In this document: piece after piece, positions 10,273 to 19,968 of the stretch
Position numbering within the stretch: the stretch's first letter is position 1
Layout: each line of letters starts with the position of its first letter
Origin: Actinomycetes bacterium
GTDB taxonomy: Bacteria; Actinomycetota; Actinomycetes; S36-B12; UBA5976
Direction: 5' to 3'
Length of the DNA: 64,000 nucleotides
Assembly: GCA_038145175.1 (NCBI GenBank)
Contig: JAYQPE010000002.1
Span: 21,048-85,047, forward strand
Position numbers and translations under genes: made by a program
Notes under the pieces: generated by a model
Databases searched by the model: none
Told to the model about the DNA's origin: nothing
Seen by the model: the letters and a program-made list of their open reading frames with translations, nothing else

Positions 10273-10680
10273 TTATTTAATTCCTAATTCTTGGCAAGCT
10301 TCTTCTAAAAGAAATCTATCAGCCTCATAACTTAATGTTTTTAAGGCATCAGACTTAGATAACCAAAGAAGTTCATCAACTTCATCATTATTTTCAAAAT
10401 CTTTTTCAGTTAAGTTCTTGGCTAGCCAATAATGAACAATCTTTTCTTTACCTTTTACTTCGTATTCTCTACTTTTTAATTTTTTCTCAAATTCAACAAT
10501 GAGACCAGTTTCTTCAAGTATTTCTCTTTTAGCAGTTTGTTCAATAGTTTCATTTCCATCAACTTTTCCTTTAGGAAATGACCAATCATCACGATGCGGT
10601 CTATGGATAATGGCGAATAAATATTCGGTTTCTTTTTTATAAATTACAGCTCCGGCTGCAACTATTTGGTCAGATTTCAT
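10273..10680 (-). CDS. NUDIX hydrolase
   Basis: The Nudix box is intact: GKVDGNETIEQTAKREILEETGL (G-x5-E-x7-REUxEExGU). Confidence 0.9.
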   Translation of the reverse strand: MKSDQIVAAGAVIYKKETEYLFAIIHRPHRDDWSFPKGKVDGNETIEQTAKREILEETGLIVEFEKKLKSREYEVKGKEKIVHYWLAKNLTEKDFENNDEVDELLWLSKSDALKTLSYEADRFLLEEACQELGIK

Positions 10681-11629
10681 ATGAATTAGAAATATAAAGT
10701 TTGTCTACACCCCAAAAACTAAAACCTAAAGACGTGTATAAATCGATGGCATTTTTGTTATTTGAATCTACATACAACATGGCTGAATCAAGTCCTGCTC
10801 TTCTTAAATAATTTAATCCCCACAATGTTAATAACTTTCCTATGCCTTTGCCTTGATGATCAGGATCTACTCCTAATACATAAATTTCTCCAATGGGTTC
10901 ATGCCCGTGTGAATGATGGGTGTGACCATCATATTCAACATGTTCATGGTCTTGTCCATGAATTTTTGTCCAACAAAACCCAACTAATTCTTTGTTTTTA
11001 TTTTCTAGTAATACAAAACCATCAGATTTAAACCAAGATTCTTTTAACCTTAATTCTAAATCATCAAGTGTCCAGTTAGCTTGATCTGGTAATTTTTCAA
11101 AAGATTTTTTATTTAATTCTAAAAATTTTGATGAATCTTTATATGCATCAAAGTTTCTAAATGCTAACCCTTCAATTTCAAATAGTGGTTGAATTTGAGA
11201 AAATAAAGATCTACGCATTTGTATAACATTTCTAACCGGGACAAAGCCTAATTTTGTGGCAAAGCTTCTTGCCAGATCTGTATCACCGTGCGACCAAAGT
11301 CTAAGTGGCTGATTATTTATTTGGTTTTTCATTTCTTTTAAGAGTAAAGTTGCAACACCTTTTTTTCTTGAATTTGGACTTACTACTAATTCGCCACTTG
11401 GACCGGAGACTAGATCAGTTGTATCAAGGTGTGCATAACCGACAATATTTTTGTTTTCATCTTCTGCAAGTAAATGAGTAACAGGTCTATCACCACCACT
11501 TCTTAAATGAAGTTCTACGTGTTCTGAAAAAGGTCTAGCACCATCTAATTCACTTGCTTTTATAACAATTTCTAGAATTTGATCAACTTGTTTATTATTT
11601 AATTCTTTTAAAACTAACACCTTAGTCAT
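10670..11629 (-). CDS. mshD: mycothiol synthase (tandem GNAT acetyltransferase)
   Basis: There are two GNAT domains (SPNSRKKGVATLLL and VDPDHQGKGIGKLLT). It sits adjacent to a glnR-like regulator, as in Mycobacterium (Rv0819/Rv0818, from memory). Confidence 0.82.
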   Translation of the reverse strand: MTKVLVLKELNNKQVDQILEIVIKASELDGARPFSEHVELHLRSGGDRPVTHLLAEDENKNIVGYAHLDTTDLVSGPSGELVVSPNSRKKGVATLLLKEMKNQINNQPLRLWSHGDTDLARSFATKLGFVPVRNVIQMRRSLFSQIQPLFEIEGLAFRNFDAYKDSSKFLELNKKSFEKLPDQANWTLDDLELRLKESWFKSDGFVLLENKNKELVGFCWTKIHGQDHEHVEYDGHTHHSHGHEPIGEIYVLGVDPDHQGKGIGKLLTLWGLNYLRRAGLDSAMLYVDSNNKNAIDLYTSLGFSFWGVDKLYISNSYEI

Positions 11630-11634
11630 AGGTG

Positions 11635-12360
11635 TTATCCATTTATCCGGTTATTTACTTCCTCATCAACAGGTGTTGAATCTTTTAAATCTCTACTGGA
11701 AATAAATTTATAACCAACATTTCTTAAGGTACTAATAAAGTTTTCATATTCTGGACCAAGTTTTGCCCGTAATCTTCTAACATGAACATCAACAGTTCTG
11801 GTGCCACCAAAATAATCAAAGCCCCATACTTCTTGCAATAATTGTTGACGACTAAAAACTCTGCCTGGATGTTGAGCTAAAAATTTTAGTAATTCAAATT
11901 CTTTAAAAGTTAAATCAATTAATTGACCTTTAATTTTTACCGAATAAGCAGATTCATCAATAACTAAATCACCACGTTCAATTTCAGGATTTACACTGTC
12001 ATCGCTACCTTTAAGACGGGAAATAACTAAACGAATTCTGGCATCAACTTCTGCAGGACCAGCGTTTTCTAAAATCACTTCATCAATTCCCCAGTCAGAA
12101 GTAATAGCTATTAAGCCACCTTCTGTAGTTATAGCAATTAAAGGAGCAGTAATTCCTGTTGTTCTAATTAATCTGCATAAACTTTTTGCCGCAGGTAAAT
12201 CTTTTCTGGCGTCAACTAGAACAGCATCACAAATTGGTGCATTAATTAAAGCTGAAGGTTCAGCAGGCATAATTTTTACTTGATGATTTAGTAAAGATAG
12301 AGCAGGTAAAATATCTATAGAGTTGCCACGAGCATTTGTGACTAAAATTAGATTTGTCAT
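11635..12360 (-). CDS. glnR: GlnR-type orphan OmpR-family response regulator
   Basis: The N-terminus LILVTNA...[22 protein letters not shown]...[21 protein letters not shown] and [11 protein letters not shown]...[12 protein letters not shown] closely parallel Streptomyces GlnR as I recall it. The C-terminus is a winged helix ([14 protein letters not shown]). No kinase gene is adjacent. Confidence 0.8.
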   Translation of the reverse strand: MTNLILVTNARGNSIDILPALSLLNHQVKIMPAEPSALINAPICDAVLVDARKDLPAAKSLCRLIRTTGITAPLIAITTEGGLIAITSDWGIDEVILENAGPAEVDARIRLVISRLKGSDDSVNPEIERGDLVIDESAYSVKIKGQLIDLTFKEFELLKFLAQHPGRVFSRQQLLQEVWGFDYFGGTRTVDVHVRRLRAKLGPEYENFISTLRNVGYKFISSRDLKDSTPVDEEVNNRING

Positions 12361-12407
12361 TATGCTCCTTTTTTAAAGTTGTTTAATTTTACCTAAACTT
12401 CAATTTC

Positions 12408-13082
12408 TTGAACTTCTTACCTGAGGAATTTAAGCGCAAATTAGCAGAATTCAATCTAAAAGATAGACTTTTACAAATGAATAAATTACCTTCTGAACTT
12501 CCATCTGAGGTTGTAAGAATTTCTTGGCTACTTGGGATGTGGGAGGGAGTTGGCCAAGGCCAATACCCAAATTCAAATAATTTTTCTTTTATTCAACAAA
12601 TTGAATTCACTAATGATGGTCAACCTTTTCTTAATTATGAAAGTAAATCTTGGAATTTAAATGAAGATGGAACAAGTGGTGAACCATTACATACTGAAAA
12701 AGGTTTTTTTAGACCAGGAGATGCAACAGGAATCGAAGCAGTCATTTCACACATAACTGGAATAACAGAAATATGGACTGGAATAAATGAAGTATTAAGT
12801 ATTGAAGATGCAAAGATAACTTCTGCAAGAGCAAGACTTGCCACTAATTGGGTGGGTAGAACTCCTACTGCAAAACCGGTTGATGCAGGAGATCGTTTGT
12901 ATGGATTAATGAATGGTGAATTAATGTGGACTTACGACATGGCAGCAGTTGGCCAAGAAATGCAAAATCATCTATGGGCCAGACTAAAACCATTAAGTGA
13001 TGCAGAAATAGTTGAAACCAAGAAAACTTTAAGACCAGTAAGAACACATAAGATTCCAGAAATACCAGGAGTAAAGAAGTGA
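12408..13082 (+). CDS. nitrobindin/FABP-like heme-binding beta-barrel protein (DUF1794)
   Basis: ISWLLGMWEGVGQGQYP, GQPFLNYESKSW, LHTEKGFFR and HITGITEIW parallel the Rv2717c family. The start is uncertain: TTG at 12408 or ATG at 12477. Confidence 0.68.
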   Translation: MNFLPEEFKRKLAEFNLKDRLLQMNKLPSELPSEVVRISWLLGMWEGVGQGQYPNSNNFSFIQQIEFTNDGQPFLNYESKSWNLNEDGTSGEPLHTEKGFFRPGDATGIEAVISHITGITEIWTGINEVLSIEDAKITSARARLATNWVGRTPTAKPVDAGDRLYGLMNGELMWTYDMAAVGQEMQNHLWARLKPLSDAEIVETKKTLRPVRTHKIPEIPGVKK

Positions 13083-13531
13083 ACGATTACTTAGAACAGT
13101 GGGATAAAAAACTTCGTACTGCAGGTTTTCGAATTACTCCTCAAAGACAACTTGTTTTAGAAGCGGTAACACATTTACGTCATGCGACTCCAGAAGAAAT
13201 TTTGGCCGAAGTTCAAGTAACAGCAACTGGAGTAAATCTTTCAACGGTTTATAGAACTCTAGAAGTTTTAGAGCAAGTTGGATTAGTAACTCATGCACAT
13301 ATTGGTCATGGTGCACCTACTTATCACGTTGTTGATGACACACCACATATTCATTTAGTTTGTTCAAGATGTAGAAAAGTTGAATCAATTGATGGAGCAA
13401 CATTTACAAAATTTGCTAGTCAATTAGAAGAAAAAGAAGGATTTGTTGTTAATGTTTCCCATGTAGCTTTACATGGATTATGTAAAAAGTGTGCTGACGG
13501 GGGAAATTCCCTTCTAGATCATGAACACTAA
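13079..13531 (+). CDS. Fur-family metalloregulator
   Basis: The product has an N-terminal winged helix (R-x-TPQR, LSTVYRTLE) plus CSRC...CKKC structural zinc cysteines. The GTG start overlaps the upstream stop (GTGA). Confidence 0.85.
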   Translation: MNDYLEQWDKKLRTAGFRITPQRQLVLEAVTHLRHATPEEILAEVQVTATGVNLSTVYRTLEVLEQVGLVTHAHIGHGAPTYHVVDDTPHIHLVCSRCRKVESIDGATFTKFASQLEEKEGFVVNVSHVALHGLCKKCADGGNSLLDHEH

Positions 13532-14567
13532 ACAACGAGTTTTAAATATCCCAAATCAAGTAAGGGCTCCTGAAAGTTTTATTGACCAAAACGTTGCTTG
13601 GCACTATGGGGATCCATTAAGAGAGCAAAAATATTTAACCCAGTTTGAAACCAGTGTTGATATTTCAAATCGTGGAGTTATAAAAATTATTGGAAAAGAT
13701 AGAAAAACTTTTCTACATTCCTTAACTTCTCAACATATTGAAAAATTGAAAGTTAAAGATTCAACTGTTTCCTTACTTCTATCTCCTAATGGACATATTG
13801 AGCATGAACTACATGTAATTAACAATCCAGAGGAAATCTATTTAATAGTGGAAAATTTATCACTAAATTCCATTATTGAATTCTTACAAAAAATGGTATT
13901 TTTATCTCAAGTTGAAATAACTGATGTGACAAATGAATTAGCTACTGTTTTTGAATCAAAAAGAGAGATAGACGAAAAATATCCAACATGGCTTACTCCA
14001 CTTAATTATTTAGGTGAACAAATTAAAGATGCTGGAACAAGTGCTGGGGGAGACCCAAATAAATATGTACCAAAAAGACCTGGAAAATTTAGTGGTCGAG
14101 AAATATTAATACCTAGAAATGAATTAGAAAACTATTTATTAAAGGCAAAATATCTAGCTGGCACGTGGGCTTTAGAAGCACTACGAATTGCTGCAGGAGT
14201 TCCTCGAATAATAATTGATGCAGATCATCGAACTATTCCTCATGAAATTGGTTTGATTGGTAATGCAGTTCATTTAGAAAAAGGATGTTATAAAGGTCAA
14301 GAAACAATTGCCAGAGTTCATAATTTAGGAAAACCACCAAGAAAATTAGTTCTGTTACATCTTGATGGCAGTGTTAATCGGCTACCAAAACCAAATAGCC
14401 CAGTAATTGTTGATGGACAAGAAGTTGGATTTGTTGGTTCAAGTGCACAACATTTTGAACTTGGGCCAATAGCACTTGCGATAGTTAAAGCGAAAACTCA
14501 AGTTTTATTAAATGTTGCAGTTGATGAAATTCCTGCCACTATGCAAGATATTGTTGTGGCGCAATGA
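13521..14567 (+). CDS. ygfZ: folate-binding YgfZ/GcvT-like protein (Fe-S cluster maintenance)
   Basis: It carries the signature KGCYKGQETIARVHNLGKPPRKLV. The start overlaps the fur-like gene by 11 nt. Confidence 0.8.
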   Translation: MNTKQRVLNIPNQVRAPESFIDQNVAWHYGDPLREQKYLTQFETSVDISNRGVIKIIGKDRKTFLHSLTSQHIEKLKVKDSTVSLLLSPNGHIEHELHVINNPEEIYLIVENLSLNSIIEFLQKMVFLSQVEITDVTNELATVFESKREIDEKYPTWLTPLNYLGEQIKDAGTSAGGDPNKYVPKRPGKFSGREILIPRNELENYLLKAKYLAGTWALEALRIAAGVPRIIIDADHRTIPHEIGLIGNAVHLEKGCYKGQETIARVHNLGKPPRKLVLLHLDGSVNRLPKPNSPVIVDGQEVGFVGSSAQHFELGPIALAIVKAKTQVLLNVAVDEIPATMQDIVVAQ

Positions 14568-15526
14568 CTCTTGAACCAGTATTAGTGCAAATGACCAGAG
14601 ATGGTCTAGTCGAATCAATACATAGAGGACATGCAGTTTTAATTGATAAAGATGGAAAAATAGAAAAAGAGTTAGGAAATGCAAGAGAAATAATTTATCC
14701 AAGAAGTGCAATTAAACTTGCTCAAGCAACTGCCATGTTAAGAGCAAGAGCAAATCTAGAAAATGAAACATTAGCAATATCTTGTGCTTCGCATAGTGGG
14801 GAAGAATTACATCGAAATTTAGTAGAAAAAATGCTTTTTAATGTTGGCTTAAATCTAAGTGATTTACAAACTCCACCAGATTATCCATTAGATCCAAAAA
14901 TACAAATCGAATACATTAAACAAGGTTTAGAACCAAAATCAGTAACAATGAACTGCTCAGGAAAACATGCCGGAATGCTTACAACTTGTGTGAATAATAA
15001 TTGGTCAACAAAAGATTATTTATCTACAAATCATCCTTTACAGCAAAAAATTGTAGAAACAATTGAAGACTTGTGTGAAGAAAAAATTACTAAATCAAGT
15101 GTCGATGGATGTGGTGCACCACTTCATGCAATCTCATTAATAGGTCTTGCCAAAATGGCCCAAAACGCAGTTCTAGCAGATAAAAATAGTGAAGAACGAA
15201 AAGTAGCAGATGCTGCTAGAAATTTTCCAATTTATAACTCTGGAACTTTTAGAGATGTTGCACAATTCATGCAAAATGTTTCAGGATTTTTCACAAAGGA
15301 AGGTGCAGAAGGAGTTCACGTTGGTGCATTAAATGACGGGAGAGCTTTTGCAGTTAAATTTAGTGATGGATCAATGAGGCCAAGAGCCACATTTGTTTAT
15401 TCGGTTTTGAAATACTGGGGTGTTGCTTCAGATATTTTAAATAAGTTAAGTAATTTAGAAAAGACTGAAGTACTAGGTGGCGGGAAAACCGTAGGATATC
15501 TACAAGCACTTCCAATAGAGAGGTAA
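14564..15526 (+). CDS. asparaginase (Rhizobium-type asparaginase II family)
   Basis: ESIHRGHAV, YPRSAIKLAQA, NCSGKHAGML and DGCGAP are typical of that family. It starts with an ATGA overlap on ygfZ. Confidence 0.7.
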   Translation: MTLEPVLVQMTRDGLVESIHRGHAVLIDKDGKIEKELGNAREIIYPRSAIKLAQATAMLRARANLENETLAISCASHSGEELHRNLVEKMLFNVGLNLSDLQTPPDYPLDPKIQIEYIKQGLEPKSVTMNCSGKHAGMLTTCVNNNWSTKDYLSTNHPLQQKIVETIEDLCEEKITKSSVDGCGAPLHAISLIGLAKMAQNAVLADKNSEERKVADAARNFPIYNSGTFRDVAQFMQNVSGFFTKEGAEGVHVGALNDGRAFAVKFSDGSMRPRATFVYSVLKYWGVASDILNKLSNLEKTEVLGGGKTVGYLQALPIER

Positions 15527-15531
15527 TTTAA

Positions 15532-15819
15532 ATGCCAATGTCGATGTATACCTTAAATGTAATTTTGGGATATTTGTTTGTTGCAATAAAAATGTGGGCA
15601 TTTGTTGATGCCGCTACCCAAAAGAAACCTTTTTATGATGCAGTGGGAAGACAATCAAAATTATTTTGGGTAGGTTTACTTGGTATTTCAGTATTTTCAC
15701 AATATTTATCTGTAATGCAAGGAAGTTCTAATTATGGATTACTACAAGTCATTGGATTAATCTTGGCAATAGTTTACTTGGTTGATCAAAGACCAAGACT
15801 TAACGAATTAAGAAAGTAA
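15532..15819 (+). CDS. DUF2516-like small membrane protein
   Basis: The 95-aa product has 3 TM segments and the region WAFVDAATQKKPFYDAVGRQSKLFW. Confidence 0.55.
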   Translation: MPMSMYTLNVILGYLFVAIKMWAFVDAATQKKPFYDAVGRQSKLFWVGLLGISVFSQYLSVMQGSSNYGLLQVIGLILAIVYLVDQRPRLNELRK

Positions 15820-16575
15820 TTATTTTTTTCCTTGATTAGCAACTGCATCAATTGCCTCTTTTGCAGCTTGAGGATCTAAATATTCTCCACCAAAAACAAT
15901 TGGTTTGAAGTTTTCATCCAATCTATAAAGCAAGGGAATTCCAGTTGGAAGATTAAGTTTAGCAATATTTTCATCACTTATATTTTCTAAATATTTAATT
16001 AAAGCTCTTAATGAATTTCCATGAGCCACAACTAGAACAGTTTTTCCTGACTCTAATTCTGGAACTATTGATTCTTTCCAGTAAGGAATAACTCTTTTAA
16101 CAACATCTTTCAAGCATTCAGTTAATGGAACATCTGATTTCTGCATGTCTTTATATTTAGGATCATTATTTTGGGCATATTTATCGTTTGGATCAATTGG
16201 AGGAGGTGGCACGTCATAAGATCTTCTCCACAACATAAATTGTTCTTCTCCATATTTTTCTAAAGTATCTTTTTTATTTAATCCTTGAAGTGCACCGTAA
16301 TGTCTTTCATTTAAGCGCCATGATCTTTTTGTTGGAATTTCTTTTATTCCAGCACTTTCAAGTGCTAGTTCTGAAGTTTTTATGGCTCTATTTAATACTG
16401 ATGTGTGAAGTGAATTAGGAATTAAATTCTTTTCCTTTAAAAGTTCTCCTCCACGTTTTGCTTCTAAAACACCTTTTTCACTTAAATCAACATCAACCCA
16501 ACCTGTAAATAAGTTAAGGGCATTCCATTGGCTTTCACCATGTCGTAAAAGAATTAATTTATATTCCTGACTCAC
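15820..16575 (-). CDS. gpmA: 2,3-bisphosphoglycerate-dependent phosphoglycerate mutase
   Basis: [21 protein letters not shown] and [10 protein letters not shown] are present. It has a GTG start. Confidence 0.95.
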   Translation of the reverse strand: MSQEYKLILLRHGESQWNALNLFTGWVDVDLSEKGVLEAKRGGELLKEKNLIPNSLHTSVLNRAIKTSELALESAGIKEIPTKRSWRLNERHYGALQGLNKKDTLEKYGEEQFMLWRRSYDVPPPPIDPNDKYAQNNDPKYKDMQKSDVPLTECLKDVVKRVIPYWKESIVPELESGKTVLVVAHGNSLRALIKYLENISDENIAKLNLPTGIPLLYRLDENFKPIVFGGEYLDPQAAKEAIDAVANQGKK

Positions 16576-17850
16576 TTAAATTACCTTTAAATTTCTGATT
16601 GTTTTTATTGGAGTTGATAATGCTTTTTCATAAACTTCAATAAGTCCTGAAACTGTTTTATCCCAACTAAATTTAGAAGCATGTTGTCTTGCTCCAACAG
16701 TAAATTGTTTTGCTAAATCTTCATTTAATGTAATTTGGGCAAGTGCTTCGGCCCAAGTTCTAGCATCGTGACCATTTACTAAAAGTCCACTTAAATTATC
16801 AGCCACAACTGTCTTTAATCCGCCAACATTAGTTGCAATTACTGGAGTGCCACAAGCTTGTGCTTCTACGGCAACTAAACCAAAAGATTCTGAGTATGAA
16901 GGAACGGCAACCAGAGTTGAAGCTTGATATAAAGTTGCTAATTTTTCTCTAGTTGAAGGAGGCAAAAACATTACATTTTCAATTAAATTTAATTCTTTTA
17001 CTAATTGCATTAGTGAATCAGGATGATCAAATCCAGTTCCAGAAAGACCACCACAAATAACAATTCTTACTTTATTTTTTAATTGTGGATTATTTTGAAT
17101 AAATTGGTGCGCTGCTTTTAATAGAACATCGGGCGCTTTCAATGGTTGTACTCTTCCTACAAATGTAAAGACAATTGCATCTTGCGGAATCCCAAATTCT
17201 TTTCTAGCTTTTGTTTTATTTCCAATATTGAATACTTCTAGATCAACTCCAGGATTGACAACATTTACTTGTTTTTTATCTGCTGAATATAAATTAATTA
17301 ATTCATCAGCTTCAGCTTGCGTATTTGCCACTAATTGACTTGCAGCATCGACTACTTGTTGTTCACCAATTTCTCTTTCAGCAGGTTCTGCAATATCACC
17401 AATTGCCAAAGTAGAATTTTTCACTTTGGCCATAGTGTGCATAGTGTGAACTAATGGAACATTCCATCTTTCAGATGCAACCCAACCAACTTGTCCACTT
17501 AACCAATAGTGAGAATGAATTAATTGATAATGACCTTCGCTATATCTTGCTTCTTCTCTTAAAACTCCAGCGCTAAGTGCACAAAGTTGCGAAGGTAAAC
17601 TTTGTTTTGCTAATCCTTCAAAAGGACCTGCAGTTAGTTGTTTTACTATAACTCCGTCATATAGTTCAGTTTCATTTTTAATTGCACTACTTGTTCTTCT
17701 AGTAAAAATATCTACTTTAATTCCTAAATCAGCTAAACGTTTTGAAGTTTCTACTACATAAACATTTAATCCACCAGCATCTCCAACACCTGGTTGATCA
17801 AGAGGAGAAGTATGAACTGAGAGCAGCGCTATTTGATTTAATTTTTTCAA
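16576..17850 (-). CDS. mshA: D-inositol-3-phosphate glycosyltransferase (mycothiol biosynthesis, GT4)
   Basis: SVHTSPLDQPGVGDAGGLNVYV and the E-x7-E region PSYSESFGLVAVEAQACGTPV are present. It is linked to gpmA as in Mycobacterium. Confidence 0.9.
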   Translation of the reverse strand: MKKLNQIALLSVHTSPLDQPGVGDAGGLNVYVVETSKRLADLGIKVDIFTRRTSSAIKNETELYDGVIVKQLTAGPFEGLAKQSLPSQLCALSAGVLREEARYSEGHYQLIHSHYWLSGQVGWVASERWNVPLVHTMHTMAKVKNSTLAIGDIAEPAEREIGEQQVVDAASQLVANTQAEADELINLYSADKKQVNVVNPGVDLEVFNIGNKTKARKEFGIPQDAIVFTFVGRVQPLKAPDVLLKAAHQFIQNNPQLKNKVRIVICGGLSGTGFDHPDSLMQLVKELNLIENVMFLPPSTREKLATLYQASTLVAVPSYSESFGLVAVEAQACGTPVIATNVGGLKTVVADNLSGLLVNGHDARTWAEALAQITLNEDLAKQFTVGARQHASKFSWDKTVSGLIEVYEKALSTPIKTIRNLKVI

Positions 17851-17859
17851 ATTGGAACC

Positions 17860-18675
17860 TTAAAGATTAAACGGTGCATCATTTCCTAAAGTAAGGACGA
17901 TGTTTGCACTGGTTTGGTTTGGATCTTCAACTAATACTCCCACCGAGATTAGTTTTGCTACAGCTTCTGCTTTTGCAGCAAAGCCTGGGGCATAAACAAT
18001 TTGGGTTTGGGCGGTGTCTTTATTAGAAGCATCTGCTACATCAATGATTCTCATACCTTGAACTTGTAAAGTATCAGCAACTGATCTTGCAAAACCTGCA
18101 CGTCTAGTTCCATTTAATACGGTAATACTTACATCTTTAAGAGAGCCAGCAATAATTTCTCTACCCTCTTGAGCAGCAGATTTTGGGGCAGTTGCAAGGG
18201 GTGCAATACCTTCATAAATTCCGGTATTTGGTTTGACTAAAACTACTTGGTCAACTATTCCTGCTTTTTTAAAAACAAAAGTTATCTTTACAAAACTTGA
18301 TTGACGTGGCGTAAATTCAATTAAATCAACATGTGGTGAATCAGGAATTACTCCAATTGTTACTAATTTTTTTGCAGGAATATTAATTTCGTTAGCTGGA
18401 CTAAACACCACAGATTTTGGTGCAGGATTATCAACTGAAACACTAACTAATTGATCATCTTCAGTTGAATCATTAATCAAAGTTGCAACAACAGTTCCAA
18501 TATTTTCATTACCTTTAACGATTACAACGTTTTGTACATAAATATCTCCAACTTTTGCATAATCACCACTACCTGTTGGACCTTGTTTAGTAGTTTGCGC
18601 ATTTGGACCTGCAGCACAACTTGTAATAATTAATGAAATTGCAATTAAAGATGTTAAAGATTTGAATCTACGCAT
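17860..18675 (-). CDS. lipoprotein with C-terminal LytR_C domain
   Basis: It has a signal peptide with lipobox IITSC. The C-terminal region ITVLNGTRRAGFARSVADTLQVQGMRI...TQIVY resembles LytR_C. The N-terminal domain is unassigned. Confidence 0.6.
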   Translation of the reverse strand: MRRFKSLTSLIAISLIITSCAAGPNAQTTKQGPTGSGDYAKVGDIYVQNVVIVKGNENIGTVVATLINDSTEDDQLVSVSVDNPAPKSVVFSPANEINIPAKKLVTIGVIPDSPHVDLIEFTPRQSSFVKITFVFKKAGIVDQVVLVKPNTGIYEGIAPLATAPKSAAQEGREIIAGSLKDVSITVLNGTRRAGFARSVADTLQVQGMRIIDVADASNKDTAQTQIVYAPGFAAKAEAVAKLISVGVLVEDPNQTSANIVLTLGNDAPFNL

Positions 18676-18764
18676 AATGATTTAATTCTACCGAATATGA
18701 GGTGAATGAGCCTGTTCAGTATTGGGCTGGTAGAATAGGAGATCTTACGAAAGGTTTTTAATAA

Positions 18765-19247
18765 ATGTCCTTTAAAGTTGGCGAAACAGTTGTTTACCCA
18801 CATCACGGCGCAGCAGTAATCGAAGCAATCGAATCAAGAAATATCAAAGGTGTAGAAAGAAAATATTTAGTTTTAAGAGTTAAACAAGGTGATTTAACTG
18901 TAAGAGTTCCAGCTGACAATGTTGAATTAGTTGGCGTAAGAGATGTTGTTAATGCAGAGGGTTTAGAAAGAGTTTTTGATGTTTTACGTCAACCATATAC
19001 AGAAGAACCAACAAACTGGTCCAGAAGATATAAAGCAAATTTAGAAAAATTAGCTTCAGGTGACGTTATGAAAGTTGCTGAAGTAGTTAGAGATCTGTGG
19101 AGAAGAGATCAAGATCGCGGTTTATCTGCAGGTGAAAAAAGAATGCTCGCCAAAGCTCGTCAAATTCTTGTCAGTGAATTAGCTTTAGCAGAAAGAACTA
19201 ACGAAGTTAACGCTGAAGCATTACTTGACGAGGTTCTTGCTTCCTAA
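18765..19247 (+). CDS. carD: RNA polymerase-binding transcription factor CarD
   Basis: [20 protein letters not shown]...KYLVL...LTVRVP and a C-terminal helical domain with W (NWSRRYK) are present. Confidence 0.95.
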   Translation: MSFKVGETVVYPHHGAAVIEAIESRNIKGVERKYLVLRVKQGDLTVRVPADNVELVGVRDVVNAEGLERVFDVLRQPYTEEPTNWSRRYKANLEKLASGDVMKVAEVVRDLWRRDQDRGLSAGEKRMLAKARQILVSELALAERTNEVNAEALLDEVLAS

Positions 19248-19260
19248 CAGAAACTAACCA

Positions 19261-19965
19261 GTGAGCGCAACAGCCAATGTTTGTGTAGTCATTCCGGCTG
19301 CCGGTTTAGGTGAGCGCCTGGGGCTTAATCAACCTAAAGCATTTGTAAACATAAGTAATTACTCTTTATTAACTTTAACTATTAAAAGAGTTCTCGAAAT
19401 TGATCGAGTTGGACACATTATTGTGGCCGTTCCCAACGAATTTAAAGAACAAGCACTTGATCATATTGATAGAGCTATCAGAGAAACTAATAGAAAAATA
19501 CCTTTTGATGTAGTTGCGGGAGGAAATACAAGAACTGAATCTGTAAAGAATTCACTTTTAGCTCTAGATCCACTCGATTCTTTAGTTTTAGTTCATGATG
19601 CCGCAAGACCTTTTGTGCCAAAAAAAGTATTTCTAGATGTCATAGAAAATTTAGATAAAGGATCAAAAGTTGTAATCCCAGTGATAAATGTCGTTGACAC
19701 AATAAAAACTATCGAAAATAATAAAGTTCAAAATACAATAGATAGAACTAAACTAAAAGCCGTTCAAACTCCACAAGGTTTTGCTCGCGAAGTGTTGTCA
19801 GAAATTTATGCTAATTCAGAATTAAAACCAACCACAGATGATGCAGGTTTAGCTGAACTTGCCGGAATAAGTGTTTCCACAGTTGAAGGTTCTGTGGAAT
19901 CATTCAAAATAACAACTGCTTTTGATTTAGAAATGGCTAAAAGTTTTTATGAAAAAGGAAAATAA
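19261..19965 (+). CDS. ispD: 2-C-methyl-D-erythritol 4-phosphate cytidylyltransferase
   Basis: VIPAAGLGERLG, VLVHDAARPF and AVQTPQGF are present. It has a GTG start. Confidence 0.9.
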   Translation: MSATANVCVVIPAAGLGERLGLNQPKAFVNISNYSLLTLTIKRVLEIDRVGHIIVAVPNEFKEQALDHIDRAIRETNRKIPFDVVAGGNTRTESVKNSLLALDPLDSLVLVHDAARPFVPKKVFLDVIENLDKGSKVVIPVINVVDTIKTIENNKVQNTIDRTKLKAVQTPQGFAREVLSEIYANSELKPTTDDAGLAELAGISVSTVEGSVESFKITTAFDLEMAKSFYEKGK

Positions 19966-19968
19966 TTA

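Noticed and set aside
17860-18675. I considered whether the N-terminal domain of the LytR_C lipoprotein is a PCu(A)C-type copper chaperone.
   Set aside because: The beta-rich region lacks the His/Met copper-binding motif expected for PCu(A)C, so the resemblance is only in size and composition.
18685-18736. An 8-bp inverted repeat, ATTCTACC ... GGTAGAAT, lies upstream of carD. Similar 8-bp inverted repeats occur at 34553-34560/34591-34598 and at 56217-56224/56242-56249.
   Set aside because: By a rough estimate, a few 8-bp inverted repeats with 17-36 nt spacers are expected by chance across about 25 AT-rich intergenic regions. There is no supporting T-tract or known operator consensus. They are worth revisiting only if conserved in relatives.
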